Assembly: GCA_965199955.1 (NCBI GenBank)
Contig: CBDATQ010000002.1
Span: 1,184,001-1,248,000 of the forward strand
Length of the DNA: 64,000 bases
Source of the DNA: Spirochaetia bacterium
GTDB taxonomy: Bacteria > Spirochaetota > Spirochaetia > SZUA-6 > Bin103
Reading direction: 5' to 3'
In this document: positions 29,056 through 38,189 of the stretch, one piece after another
Layout: each line of letters opens with the position of its first letter
Numbering within the stretch: the first letter of the stretch is position 1
Made by a program: the position numbers and the translations under genes
Notes under the pieces: model-generated
What the model saw: the letters and a program-made list of their open reading frames with translations, nothing else
Database searches by the model: none
Told to the model about the DNA's origin: nothing

Positions 29056-30206
29056 ACACTCAAGAGACCGAGCAACGCTACGCGTTCGAGGTATACCCGA
29101 AGCGGGACCTGACCCTGGTACGGGGTGAAGGCGCCCTGGTCTGGGACGATGCGGGACGCAGCTACATCGACTGCGCTGCCGGCACCGGCGTGGCCTGCCT
29201 GGGGCACGCCCACCCGGTCGTCGCCGAAGCGCTCGCCCGGCAGGCGCGGACGCTGATCACCTGCGGGGGCGTGTTCTACAACGACCGGCGCGCGGCGCTG
29301 CTGGCCCGCCTGGTGTCGGTGTCGCCGGACAGCCTCACGCGCGCCTTCCTGTGCAACTCCGGCACCGAGGCGATCGAGACCGCCTTCAAGTTCGCCCGGT
29401 TGGCGACCGGACGCACCGACATCGTCGCCGCCGCGCGCGGCTTCCATGGCCGCACCATGGGCGCGCTGAGCGCGACCCACAACAAGAAGTACCGGGAGCC
29501 GTTCGCCCCGCTGGTCCCGGGCGTGACGCACGTGCCGTACAACAACCTCGACAAGCTGGCGGCGGCGGTCACCGACCGCACCGCGGCGGTGGTGCTGGAA
29601 CCGGTCCAGGGCGAAGGCGGGGTGCACCGCGGCGCCGACGACTACCTGGCGGGCGCACGCGAGCTGTGTGACGAGCGCGGGGCGCTGCTGATCGCCGACG
29701 AGATCCAGACCGGGTTCTGCCGCACCGGCCGCATGTTCGCGGTCGAGCACGCGGGCGTGCAGCCGGACGTCATGTGCGTGGCCAAGGGCATCGCCGGCGG
29801 CCTGCCGATGGGGGCGGCGCTGTTCAGCGACAGGGTCAAGCCGGCGGTCGGCATGCACGGCTCCACGTTCGGCGGCAACCCGCTCGCGTGCGCGGTGGCG
29901 GACGCGACCATCCGTTACTTGGTCGAGCAGGACCTGGCCGCACGGGCGGCCGAGTCCGGGGCCTACTTCGCGGAGCTGTTCGAGAGGTCGCGTCCCGCCT
30001 GCGTGCGGCAGATCAGGCAGTTCGGGCTGATGATCGGCATCGAGCTCAAGGAGCGGTCGCAGCCGCACCTGGTGTCGCTGATGGAGGAGGGGGTGCTGGC
30101 GCTGCCCGCGGGCAGGACGGTGATCCGGCTCCTGCCGCCGCTGGTCATCGAACGCGCGCAGGTCGAGGCCGTGGTGGCCGCGCTTTGCAAAGTGCTGGCG
30201 CGGTGA
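29052..30206 (+). CDS. lysJ: LysW-aminoadipate semialdehyde transaminase (ArgD-like)
   Basis: [37 protein letters not shown]. Confidence 0.92.
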   Translation: MNTQETEQRYAFEVYPKRDLTLVRGEGALVWDDAGRSYIDCAAGTGVACLGHAHPVVAEALARQARTLITCGGVFYNDRRAALLARLVSVSPDSLTRAFLCNSGTEAIETAFKFARLATGRTDIVAAARGFHGRTMGALSATHNKKYREPFAPLVPGVTHVPYNNLDKLAAAVTDRTAAVVLEPVQGEGGVHRGADDYLAGARELCDERGALLIADEIQTGFCRTGRMFAVEHAGVQPDVMCVAKGIAGGLPMGAALFSDRVKPAVGMHGSTFGGNPLACAVADATIRYLVEQDLAARAAESGAYFAELFERSRPACVRQIRQFGLMIGIELKERSQPHLVSLMEEGVLALPAGRTVIRLLPPLVIERAQVEAVVAALCKVLAR

Positions 30207-30219
30207 ATAGGTTATCTGC

Positions 30220-30843
30220 ATGAGAGTCGTCCATCGCATCGCATTCATGCTGACCGTCGTCGGGCTCGCCGCGACGCCGGCATTCGGCCAGACGGCGGAG
30301 GACGTGACCACCGTCGTCGGGCTCAACCTGCTCGGCCCGGTCGTGGGCCTGTACAGCGGGTCCTTCGAGCAGGCGATCGACGACGACCTGAGCATCTTCG
30401 TCATCCCCACCTACTTCAACGCCAAGGCGGGCGTTTTCGACGCGCTGGCGAGCCTCGCGGACATTCAGCCGGAGGACTATGACCTCTGGTACCTTGCGGT
30501 CGCCGCGGGCGCGAACTACTTCATCGACGGCACGGCTCCGGCCGGCGTGTTCGCCGGCGCATGGCTGCAGCCCGGCTACGGGCGCGCGCGATTCGAGGCC
30601 AGCGCGCTCGCGGACAGCTCCGAAGTGACGTTGGAGGCCTCGACCGTGACCCTGACCGCCAGCGCGCACGTCGGCTACCGGCTCATCTGGGGTCCGGTGG
30701 CGATCACCCCGCGCGTGGGCATCGGCTACCAGCTCGCGCTGAGTCCCGTGTCCGGCTTCGACACGCGCATGAGGAACTTGGTGGACAACGTGAACACCGG
30801 ACTTCGGTTCCCGTGGGGGGTCGATGTCGGGATTGCGTTCTGA
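30220..30843 (+). CDS. Putative small outer-membrane beta-barrel protein
   Basis: Signal peptide, amphipathic strands, ends GVDVGIAF. Confidence 0.65.
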   Translation: MRVVHRIAFMLTVVGLAATPAFGQTAEDVTTVVGLNLLGPVVGLYSGSFEQAIDDDLSIFVIPTYFNAKAGVFDALASLADIQPEDYDLWYLAVAAGANYFIDGTAPAGVFAGAWLQPGYGRARFEASALADSSEVTLEASTVTLTASAHVGYRLIWGPVAITPRVGIGYQLALSPVSGFDTRMRNLVDNVNTGLRFPWGVDVGIAF

Positions 30844-30876
30844 GCGCTTCCGCCGGCTTGCGGATTTCTGAAAAGA

Positions 30877-30893
30877 ACTTTATGATGTAAAGC
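30877..30893. promoter_or_regulatory. Operator-like inverted repeat upstream of creD
   Basis: CTTTA-N5-TAAAG in an AT-rich patch. Confidence 0.4.
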
Positions 30894-30928
30894 ATCCTTG
30901 GCCGACCGGAAGGGAGAGACAGGTCTTC

Positions 30929-32287
30929 ATGGATGCACACGGCGGGGCCGCCGGTCCGGTCGAACGTCTGGAGCGGATGCTCCGCTCGCCGCTGGCGCGG
31001 CTGCTGGCAATCAGCGGGCTGGCGCTCGTGCTGCAGGTTCCGGTGCTCTTCATCGGCGATCTGGTGCGCGAGCGCCGGAGCACCCGGGACGCTGCGGTGG
31101 AAGAGATGGGCTCCACCTGGGGCGGAGTGCAGCGCCTTGCCGGACCGTTCCTGGTCGTGCCGTACCGGGTTCCGTCGGCAGACGCCGATAGCGCGCCAGC
31201 GGAGGCGGTGGCCACGTTCCTGGCCGCCGAGCTGAGCGTGGCTGCCGACCTCAGTACCGAGCGCCTGCGTCGCGGGCTGTTCGAGGCGCCGGTGTATCGG
31301 GCGGCCATCGTGCTGTCCGGCACGTTCGAGCCGCCGGACTTCGCGCAGTGGGCGGTGCCGTCCCACGAGGTGCTGTGGGAGCGGGCAGAGCTGGCCTTCG
31401 ACGTGTCGGGCGTGCGGTCCATCCGGACCGGTGCGCGGCTGCGGTGGGGGGAGACGGATCTCGAATTCGAGCCGGGGACCGGACTGCGCGCCGGCGGCAC
31501 CGGCATCCACGCGCGGGTCGGCGGTCCGTGGCGGAGTCGAAACGGCCTGACGTTCCAGGCGACGCTGGATCTGGCCGGCAGCGCAAGCCTGCGGGTGGCC
31601 CCGACGGGCCAGGCGACCGCGATGGAGGTCACCGGCGACTGGCCGCACCCGAGCTTTCGGGGAGCGTGGCTGCCGGCGGAGCGCGAGCTCCGCGACGACG
31701 GATTCAGCGCGGAGTGGCGCATCTCCCACCTCGGACGCGGCTTTCCGCAGAGCTGGCGCGGGACGACGTACGGCAAGGAAATCGAGACTGCCTCGGTCGG
31801 CGTGGATCTGCTGACTCCGGTCGATCCGTACCGGCAGTCGGAGCGCAGCCTGAAGTACTCGCTGCTGTTCCTGGCGCTGACGTTCGGGGTCGCGTGGCTG
31901 TTCGAGGTGCTCGGCGGCGCGCGGCTGCACCTCGTCCACTACACGCTGATCGGCGCGGCCATGTGCCTGTTCTACCTGCTGGAACTGGCGCTCAGCGAGC
32001 ACATCGGCTTTCCCGCGGCCTACGCGCTGGCGGCTGCGCTCGTGGTGGTCACCAACGGAGCGTACGCCCAGTCGCTGCTCGCGCCGCGCCGCGCCGCGCT
32101 GCTGGCCGGCGTACTCTGTGTCCTGTATGCCGGCATCTACGTGCTGCTGCAGCTCGACGACCACGCCCTGCTGGCCGGGGCCGGCGCGCTTTTTCTCATC
32201 CTGGCCGCGATCATGTACGCTACGCGCGCCGTGGACTGGCATGCCACCGGCTCGAAGCCGGAACGGGCAGGAGGAGGAACGAGATGA
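30929..32287 (+). CDS. creD: Inner-membrane protein CreD
   Basis: WPHPSFRGAWLP, PVDPYRQSERSLKY, LELALSEHIGF, MYATRAVDW. Confidence 0.9.
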   Translation: MDAHGGAAGPVERLERMLRSPLARLLAISGLALVLQVPVLFIGDLVRERRSTRDAAVEEMGSTWGGVQRLAGPFLVVPYRVPSADADSAPAEAVATFLAAELSVAADLSTERLRRGLFEAPVYRAAIVLSGTFEPPDFAQWAVPSHEVLWERAELAFDVSGVRSIRTGARLRWGETDLEFEPGTGLRAGGTGIHARVGGPWRSRNGLTFQATLDLAGSASLRVAPTGQATAMEVTGDWPHPSFRGAWLPAERELRDDGFSAEWRISHLGRGFPQSWRGTTYGKEIETASVGVDLLTPVDPYRQSERSLKYSLLFLALTFGVAWLFEVLGGARLHLVHYTLIGAAMCLFYLLELALSEHIGFPAAYALAAALVVVTNGAYAQSLLAPRRAALLAGVLCVLYAGIYVLLQLDDHALLAGAGALFLILAAIMYATRAVDWHATGSKPERAGGGTR

Positions 32288-33003
32288 AGACCGCGCAGCA
32301 GGCGCGCAGCGAGGGGCGGGGCCCCGCGATCTGGCTGGCCGGCGACCCGGCCGACCTCGGCGAGTGGATGGAGCGCGGCGCGGCCGGGATCGTCACCAAC
32401 ACCGTCGTGCAGAACCAGTTGGTCAAGAAGTACGGGACGCTCAAGGAAGTCACCCAGCGCTACCTGGACATGACCGACAAGCCGGTCGTGGTGGAGATCG
32501 ACGGCCACAGCACGGCCGAGCTGATCGACGTCGGGCACGCCTTCACGGTCATGTCGGACCAGATCATCATCAAGGTACCGTGTACCTCCCAGGGCCTCGG
32601 CGCCTTCCGGGCGTTTGCGGCCGAGGGGGTGGAGACCTTCTGCACGACGGTGTTCTCGCTCACGCAGGCGGCGGCGGTCGCGCAGGCGGGCGCCACGCAC
32701 GTGCTGCCGTTCTGCGAACCGGTCAAGCAGCTCAACGACGATCCGGCCCGGCTGGTGCGCGAGTGCCGGTGCATGTTCGACGGCTGGGCGCAGCGTCCCT
32801 TCGTCACCGCGGCGCTGGTGCGGTCGCTGGACGTGGCCTACGCGGCGCTGCGCGCGGGAGCGGACGGCATCATCATCTTCTGGACCACGCTCAAGGAGAT
32901 GATGGACCACCCGCTCACCACCGAGTGGAACAAGACCTTCCTCGACGAATGGAACGCCATGCACGCCGACGGCAAGCTCGACGGCGTGCCGGTGGCCGAC
33001 TGA
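32284..33003 (+). CDS. Divergent transaldolase/FSA-family aldolase
   Basis: GIVTN, IIKVP Schiff-base Lys, TVFSLTQA, HPLT...FLDEW; AGGAGG RBS. Confidence 0.78.
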   Translation: MKTAQQARSEGRGPAIWLAGDPADLGEWMERGAAGIVTNTVVQNQLVKKYGTLKEVTQRYLDMTDKPVVVEIDGHSTAELIDVGHAFTVMSDQIIIKVPCTSQGLGAFRAFAAEGVETFCTTVFSLTQAAAVAQAGATHVLPFCEPVKQLNDDPARLVRECRCMFDGWAQRPFVTAALVRSLDVAYAALRAGADGIIIFWTTLKEMMDHPLTTEWNKTFLDEWNAMHADGKLDGVPVAD

Positions 33004-33010
33004 GGCATCC

Positions 33011-33364
33011 GTGGCGAGCCGGTTCGACACCGGCGTGCTGGATCGGACGCTGGTGCGCAAGCGACAGGAACGAGAGCGAGTGCGCCGTGCGGTGCAGGCG
33101 CGCGCGCTCCATCTGCTCGATGAGTCACCGGTCGCCGTGGGTGAGGCGATCCTGTTCGGGTCCGTGATGCGGCCCGGACAGTTCGACGCCGAATCCGATG
33201 TCGATGTCGCCATTCCTGCGGTCGCCCCGAGGGCCTACTTCACGCTCATGGGCCACCTCGAGGACGGGCTCGGGCGTGACGTCGACCTGGTCACGATCGA
33301 CACCTACCATTTCGCCGATGCAATACGGCGAACCGGACTGCGATGGACCGGGACTCGCACTTGA
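33011..33364 (+). CDS. Minimal nucleotidyltransferase (MNT antitoxin-like)
   Basis: LFGS...SDVDVAI...RDVDLV. Confidence 0.82.
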   Translation: MASRFDTGVLDRTLVRKRQERERVRRAVQARALHLLDESPVAVGEAILFGSVMRPGQFDAESDVDVAIPAVAPRAYFTLMGHLEDGLGRDVDLVTIDTYHFADAIRRTGLRWTGTRT

Positions 33365-33416
33365 CGCTGGCCTCTTGGAAGCGTTTCTGACCGAGCTGGA
33401 TCCGGGAAGCGCGTGA
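33343..33416 (+). pseudogene. Probable scar of the HEPN partner gene
   Basis: ATG overlapping the MNT end (MDRDSHLTLA) joined out of frame to LEAFLTELDPGSA*, whose TGA overlaps the next start. Confidence 0.4.
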
Positions 33417-34717
33417 TGCACGACGGGACGCTGTACGACCGGCTCGATGCCACCTCGCAGGCGTGCATCGATGGGGTCACTTCGCGCTACCGCTGCACGG
33501 TGCAGGAGGTACGGGAGATCTGCGAAGCGGCCCGAGACCTGACCATGTGGGGCGAGCCCGGGCTCGGCTCGTGGTGGGCCGATGCCGAGTCGGCGGTCCC
33601 CCCGCGGCTGAACCCGCGCGAGCGCAAGAAGCGGCTGGTCACCGCGCTCCGGCAGCATCTGCAGCGGCTGCGGTCCGAGCCGACCCGCTACGATCGCCCC
33701 GCGGCGAAGCCCGAGCGGCCGCTGGCGAAGCCCGAGCGGGAACTGGCGAAGCCCCAACGGGCACCGCTGCGGTTCGTCGACGCGCCCGCGGAGACATCGG
33801 TGTTCGGCGACTGCCCGGTGCGCTCCGACCGCACCCTGTGCTGCAACCTGAAGACGATCGACGCGGTGCAGAACTGCTCGTTCGGCTGCAGCTACTGCAC
33901 GATCCAGACCTTCTACGGCGACCGGGTGACCGTGGACCGCGACCTGGGCCGCAAGCTGCGCGAGATCGATCTGGACGACCGGCGCTTCTACCACATCGGC
34001 ACCGGCCAATCCTCGGACTCTCTGGTGTGGGGCAACCGCGCCGGCATGCTGGACGAGCTGTGCCGCTTCGCCGCCGAGCATCCCAACGTGCTGTTGGAGC
34101 TCAAGACCAAGTCGGCCAACGTCAGCTACTTCCTGGAACGACAGGTGCCGGCGAACCTGGTGTGCAGTTGGTCGCTGAACACCGCGGCCGTGATCGAGCA
34201 CGAGGAGCACTTCACCGCTTCGCTGGAGCGCCGCCTGGCCGCCGCGCGCCGCTTCGCCGACGGCGGCCGCCGGGTGGCGTTCCACTTCCATCCGATGGTC
34301 CACCACGACGGCTGGGACACCGAGTATCCGGCGCTCGCGGAACGGCTGCTGGACGAGTTCGCGCCGGAGGAGGTCGCCTTCGTGTCCATGGGGTCGGTGA
34401 CCTTCATCAAGCCGGTGATGAAGCAGATCCGCCGGCGCGGGGAGCCGACGCGCATTCTGCAGGCCGAGCTGGTCGCCGACCCGCACGGCAAGCTCACCTA
34501 TCCGGACGAGCTCAAGGTGCGCATGTTCCGCACGATGTACCGGGCGCTCGCGCCGTGGCACGGCCGCGTGTTCCTGTACCTGTGCATGGAGAAGGCGACG
34601 ATCTGGGACCAGGCGTTCGGGTGGCGCTACGCGTCCAACGATGAGTTCGAGCGCGCGTTCGGTGCGGCGACCCTGGGATGGCCGCCCGGAGCGGCCGGCG
34701 AACGGCAGAGCGCTTGA
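33413..34717 (+). CDS. Radical SAM protein, spore photoproduct lyase-like
   Basis: CSFGCSYC (CxxxCxxC), IGTGQSSDSL, LELKTKS, WSLN, FHFHP, YLCME. Confidence 0.85.
   Translation: MMHDGTLYDRLDATSQACIDGVTSRYRCTVQEVREICEAARDLTMWGEPGLGSWWADAESAVPPRLNPRERKKRLVTALRQHLQRLRSEPTRYDRPAAKPERPLAKPERELAKPQRAPLRFVDAPAETSVFGDCPVRSDRTLCCNLKTIDAVQNCSFGCSYCTIQTFYGDRVTVDRDLGRKLREIDLDDRRFYHIGTGQSSDSLVWGNRAGMLDELCRFAAEHPNVLLELKTKSANVSYFLERQVPANLVCSWSLNTAAVIEHEEHFTASLERRLAAARRFADGGRRVAFHFHPMVHHDGWDTEYPALAERLLDEFAPEEVAFVSMGSVTFIKPVMKQIRRRGEPTRILQAELVADPHGKLTYPDELKVRMFRTMYRALAPWHGRVFLYLCMEKATIWDQAFGWRYASNDEFERAFGAATLGWPPGAAGERQSA
33703..33765 (+). repeat. 21-bp in-frame tandem repeat x3
   Basis: ggcgaagccc at 33703, 33724, 33745; encodes AKPERPL-AKPEREL-AKPQRAP. 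Confidence 0.8.
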
Positions 34718-34743
34718 GAGGCGTTCCCGCGCCCGTGAGCCGG

Positions 34744-35766
34744 ATGCTCTCATGGCGGAAGGAGCCGGGCGTGCGCGTCGCCGGCAGCCGCGGGCTTGAC
34801 CGGTTCAAGGTGCAGGCGCCGGGCGGCGTGGCTCAGCCGGACGGCGGCTGCCGGCTGTTCTACACCGCGGTCGGGCCGGACAAGCCGTTCGCCGACTGTC
34901 AGGGCTGCATCCTCAGCGCCGTCTCCGCCGACGGCCTGACGTTCGCGGTGGAGCCGGGCATCCGCGTGGCGCCCGATCCCGTCCGGCCGGAGCTGTCGCT
35001 GCGCGTGCTGGCGCCCAGCGTCACGCCGATCGCCGGCGGTTGGCGCATGTACTTCGAGGGCCGCGGGCCGGCCGATCGGCCGACGGTAATCGCCAGCGCC
35101 GTGTCGGACGACCTGCTGCGATGGCAGGTCGAGCCGGGCGTGCGGGTTGCCGGCTCCGAACGCTGTGGTGCGCCGCGCTTCCTGCCGCTGGGCGGCCCAT
35201 CGTGCGGAGAGGGCGCGGGCCGGCTGTTCCATTTCCGCGCCGACGACGGACCGCCACCGCGGAGCGCCGTCTACTCGGCGGTCACCGAGGACGGGCTGTC
35301 GTTCAGGGGGGAAAGAGGGGTGCGCATGTCGAGCCGTACCGGTGAGCTGGACTCCTCCGGCATCACGGCGGCGGAGGTGATCCCTCCTGCGGAACCCGGT
35401 GCGCCCTGGGTGATGATCTACTCGGCGTGGCAGGACGTGCCTCCGGGCACCGAGGTGCCGCTGCACCCCAGCCGCGACCCCGACGCCGTCGCCAGCGGAC
35501 GCAGCGCCGACTTCGCCACCGCGTCGATCGCCATCGATCTGTGCGGCTACCGATCGCGCATCATGGCGGCGACCTCGTCGGATGGAGTCCACTTCGGTCC
35601 CGGCCGCGTGGTCGTCGAAGGCGGCGGGTACGACAGTGAGGACATCGATGCCGTGCACGCGGAGGACATGACGCTGGTGCGGCTCTCCGACGGGCGCTAC
35701 CGGATGTACTACGCGTCGTGCGACACCGCCGGCAACTGGCAGATCGCGAGCGCGATCAGCGCCTGA
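34744..35766 (+). CDS. Beta-propeller glycoside-hydrolase-like protein
   Basis: Repeated (S/T)xDGLxF/W-xEPG(I/V)R blades, YRMYY. Confidence 0.65.
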   Translation: MLSWRKEPGVRVAGSRGLDRFKVQAPGGVAQPDGGCRLFYTAVGPDKPFADCQGCILSAVSADGLTFAVEPGIRVAPDPVRPELSLRVLAPSVTPIAGGWRMYFEGRGPADRPTVIASAVSDDLLRWQVEPGVRVAGSERCGAPRFLPLGGPSCGEGAGRLFHFRADDGPPPRSAVYSAVTEDGLSFRGERGVRMSSRTGELDSSGITAAEVIPPAEPGAPWVMIYSAWQDVPPGTEVPLHPSRDPDAVASGRSADFATASIAIDLCGYRSRIMAATSSDGVHFGPGRVVVEGGGYDSEDIDAVHAEDMTLVRLSDGRYRMYYASCDTAGNWQIASAISA

Positions 35767-35817
35767 GACGAGCGGCGCCGGAAGGACTCGGGCCGCAATG
35801 CCTACCAGCCGCAACTC

Positions 35818-36966
35818 CTACCAGTTGGTGAACGACCCGTCGGGCCGGCGCAGGTGCGGGGCCTCCCAGAGCTTCAGCGGAGTCTTGGCGGCGGGCGCCT
35901 CCGGGTCGAACTCGACGCCGAGGCCCGGCCCCTCCGGCACCGCGTAGGTCACGCCGTCCAGCACCGGCATTACCGGGAACATCTCCCGGTCGAACAGGGC
36001 GATCTTCTCGGGGCTACGCTCCTCCAGCCACGCGTACTGCGCGGTCGCGGCTGCCAGGTGCAGGTTGGCCGCGGTGCTCACCGGGCCCAGCGGGTTGTGC
36101 GGCATCAGGTCGATGTAGTGCGCCTCGCACCAGCCGACGACCTTCATCGCCTCGGTGAAGCCGCCGACGTTGCAGATGTCCAGCCGCGCGAACGCCGGGA
36201 TTCCCGCTTCCAGGTACGGCAGGAACTGCCACTTGCTGGCGAACTCCTCGCCGATCGCCATCGGCACCTGCGTCATGCGCTGCAGCGCCTCGTACGCGCC
36301 GGGCGTCTCGTCCCGGATCGGTTCCTCCAGAAAGTCGATCGTGCCCGGTGGCATGGCCTGGCAGAAGCTCGCCGCCTCCGCGACCGAGAGGCGGTGGTGG
36401 TAGTCGATGCCGAGTGCGGCGCGGCGGCCGATCGCCTGCCGCGCGGCGATCAGGGTGTCGGCGGCCGCGCCGATCGACGGCCGCGGATCGAAGATCCCTG
36501 CCGTGTCGTCCACGGGTACCGGCAGCCGGACGCAGGGCCAGCCGGCATCGACCAGCCGCACCACGTCGGCCACCGCGTCTTCGCCGAAGCCGTGCGTCGT
36601 GGTCGCGAAGCACGGGACGCGGTCGCGGTGCGTGCCGCCCAGGAGCTGGTACACCGGCACGCCCAGGGAGCGGGCGACCAGGTCGTGCAGGGCGATGTCG
36701 ATCGCCGACAGCGCTGCGGTGAGCACCCGCCCGCCCTCGAAGTACTGACTCCGGTAGACCTCCTGCCAGATGGCTCCGATGCGCCGAGGGTCGCGGCCGA
36801 CCAGGAACTCGCTGAAGTGGCTGACCGCCCCTCGGACGGCGAGTTCACGGCCGGTCACGCCCGACTCGCCGAGCCCCACGTGGCCGTCGCTCGATTCGAT
36901 CCTGACGATACAGAGGTTGCGGATGCCGCCGGGGACAATATGGGTCTCGATGCGCGCGATCTTCAT
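35818..36966 (-). CDS. Mandelate racemase/enolase superfamily acid-sugar dehydratase (DgoD-like)
   Basis: ALSAIDIALHDL, DYHHR, FLEEP, IGEE, PHNP, PGLGV. Confidence 0.88.
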   Translation of the reverse strand: MKIARIETHIVPGGIRNLCIVRIESSDGHVGLGESGVTGRELAVRGAVSHFSEFLVGRDPRRIGAIWQEVYRSQYFEGGRVLTAALSAIDIALHDLVARSLGVPVYQLLGGTHRDRVPCFATTTHGFGEDAVADVVRLVDAGWPCVRLPVPVDDTAGIFDPRPSIGAAADTLIAARQAIGRRAALGIDYHHRLSVAEAASFCQAMPPGTIDFLEEPIRDETPGAYEALQRMTQVPMAIGEEFASKWQFLPYLEAGIPAFARLDICNVGGFTEAMKVVGWCEAHYIDLMPHNPLGPVSTAANLHLAAATAQYAWLEERSPEKIALFDREMFPVMPVLDGVTYAVPEGPGLGVEFDPEAPAAKTPLKLWEAPHLRRPDGSFTNW

Positions 36967-37027
36967 GTCGTCAGTGTCCTCCGGTGCGTGCCGGCGGGCA
37001 AGGGCTGCAGTCCGACAGCGTCGATGA

Positions 37028-37501
37028 TTGCAGTTATCGCCGCTGTCGCTGCTGCTGCTCTGCGTGGTGCTAGTGATGGCGCTCGCGCTGGTGTTCGCCC
37101 CTGATGCCTACGCTAGCGGCGGAAGCGAAGACGACGAGGACGACGAGCCGGCATCGGAGCCCAAGCCAGAGACGTACAGGGCTAGGATTCGCTGTGGAAG
37201 TGCCTACATCGTTGGCACAGGAACGACGTATAGTGACGCGAAGAAAGATGCCGAGGCAGAGTGTGCTGCACGAGCGGAAGCGCGACGACGCGAACAAGAA
37301 GAACGGCGACGGCAATGGGAAGCTGACAATCCGCTGTGCGGGTACTACAACGAACGGAACGATGTGGTAGTCTTGGGTCGAATGAGCGAGGATCGTTGCG
37401 ATCGCAGGATCGAAGGCATCATAGAGCGGCAACGTCTGCTCGGCATCTATCGACATGGCTCGATCCGAGCGATCAAACAATGGTCGGGGATAGATATTTG
37501 A
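37028..37501 (+). CDS. Hypothetical secreted protein, lower GC
   Basis: Hydrophobic signal ending AYA, acidic linker, four Cys. Confidence 0.55.
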   Translation: MQLSPLSLLLLCVVLVMALALVFAPDAYASGGSEDDEDDEPASEPKPETYRARIRCGSAYIVGTGTTYSDAKKDAEAECAARAEARRREQEERRRQWEADNPLCGYYNERNDVVVLGRMSEDRCDRRIEGIIERQRLLGIYRHGSIRAIKQWSGIDI

Positions 37502-37807
37502 TACACAAGAGAATATGGCGGCATGTATGCCGGATCATGACCTCGCTGAAGCGGAGATGGAAGGCGACTGACGATCCTTACAGCAGGTATGGGAGGACAC
37601 CTGACCGAACCAACTTGAGCAGCTACACCGGAGAGATGTGACCGCTCTTCCCATCCGCTTGCGAGCGTCGTCAACGGTAGTCAAGGCCCCGCGACGCGGG
37701 AGTTGAAGCGAGGCCGACTCGGTTGGGGTGACCGGTGATAGGACTGATCACTCCGGCCGGTCTGGCGGTTGCCCGGAGTCGACGTACGACGATGGGCCAT
37801 TCAGACC

Positions 37808-38151
37808 CCGAGCGCGACACGGGCACGGATCTGGGAGTGCTCAACTGCCTGCCGGACGCCGGACGGGTTGGCGTGAGCGGGTCGACGTGACGGCCTGCTG
37901 CCGAGGCGGGCGAGTGGATCGACCGGTCGTGGCCGATCGTGTTCCGGTTCAAGGGGCCGACGCTACCCATGGCTGGACGGACGGCGACACGGTCAGATCC
38001 GCTCGCGACCGGCGCGCCGATGCTCGGCCGGAGCTTCGAGTGTCGCGCGCCGAGGGACGGTATTCAGCCTCCGGCGCGGATACCAACGTGACAACTGGAG
38101 GGACCGGCCGGCACCAATCTGCGGCGACGAGACGCCGCTGCCCCCGGTCTG
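37808..38151 (+). pseudogene. Degraded relic of the mgdB 3' end and mgdC 5' end
   Basis: Collinear nucleotide blocks shared with 41054-41396, with many indels. Confidence 0.85.
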
Positions 38152-38189
38152 CGATCGTTCCACCTCCGCTGTCGTCTGGCGGTGCAGGG

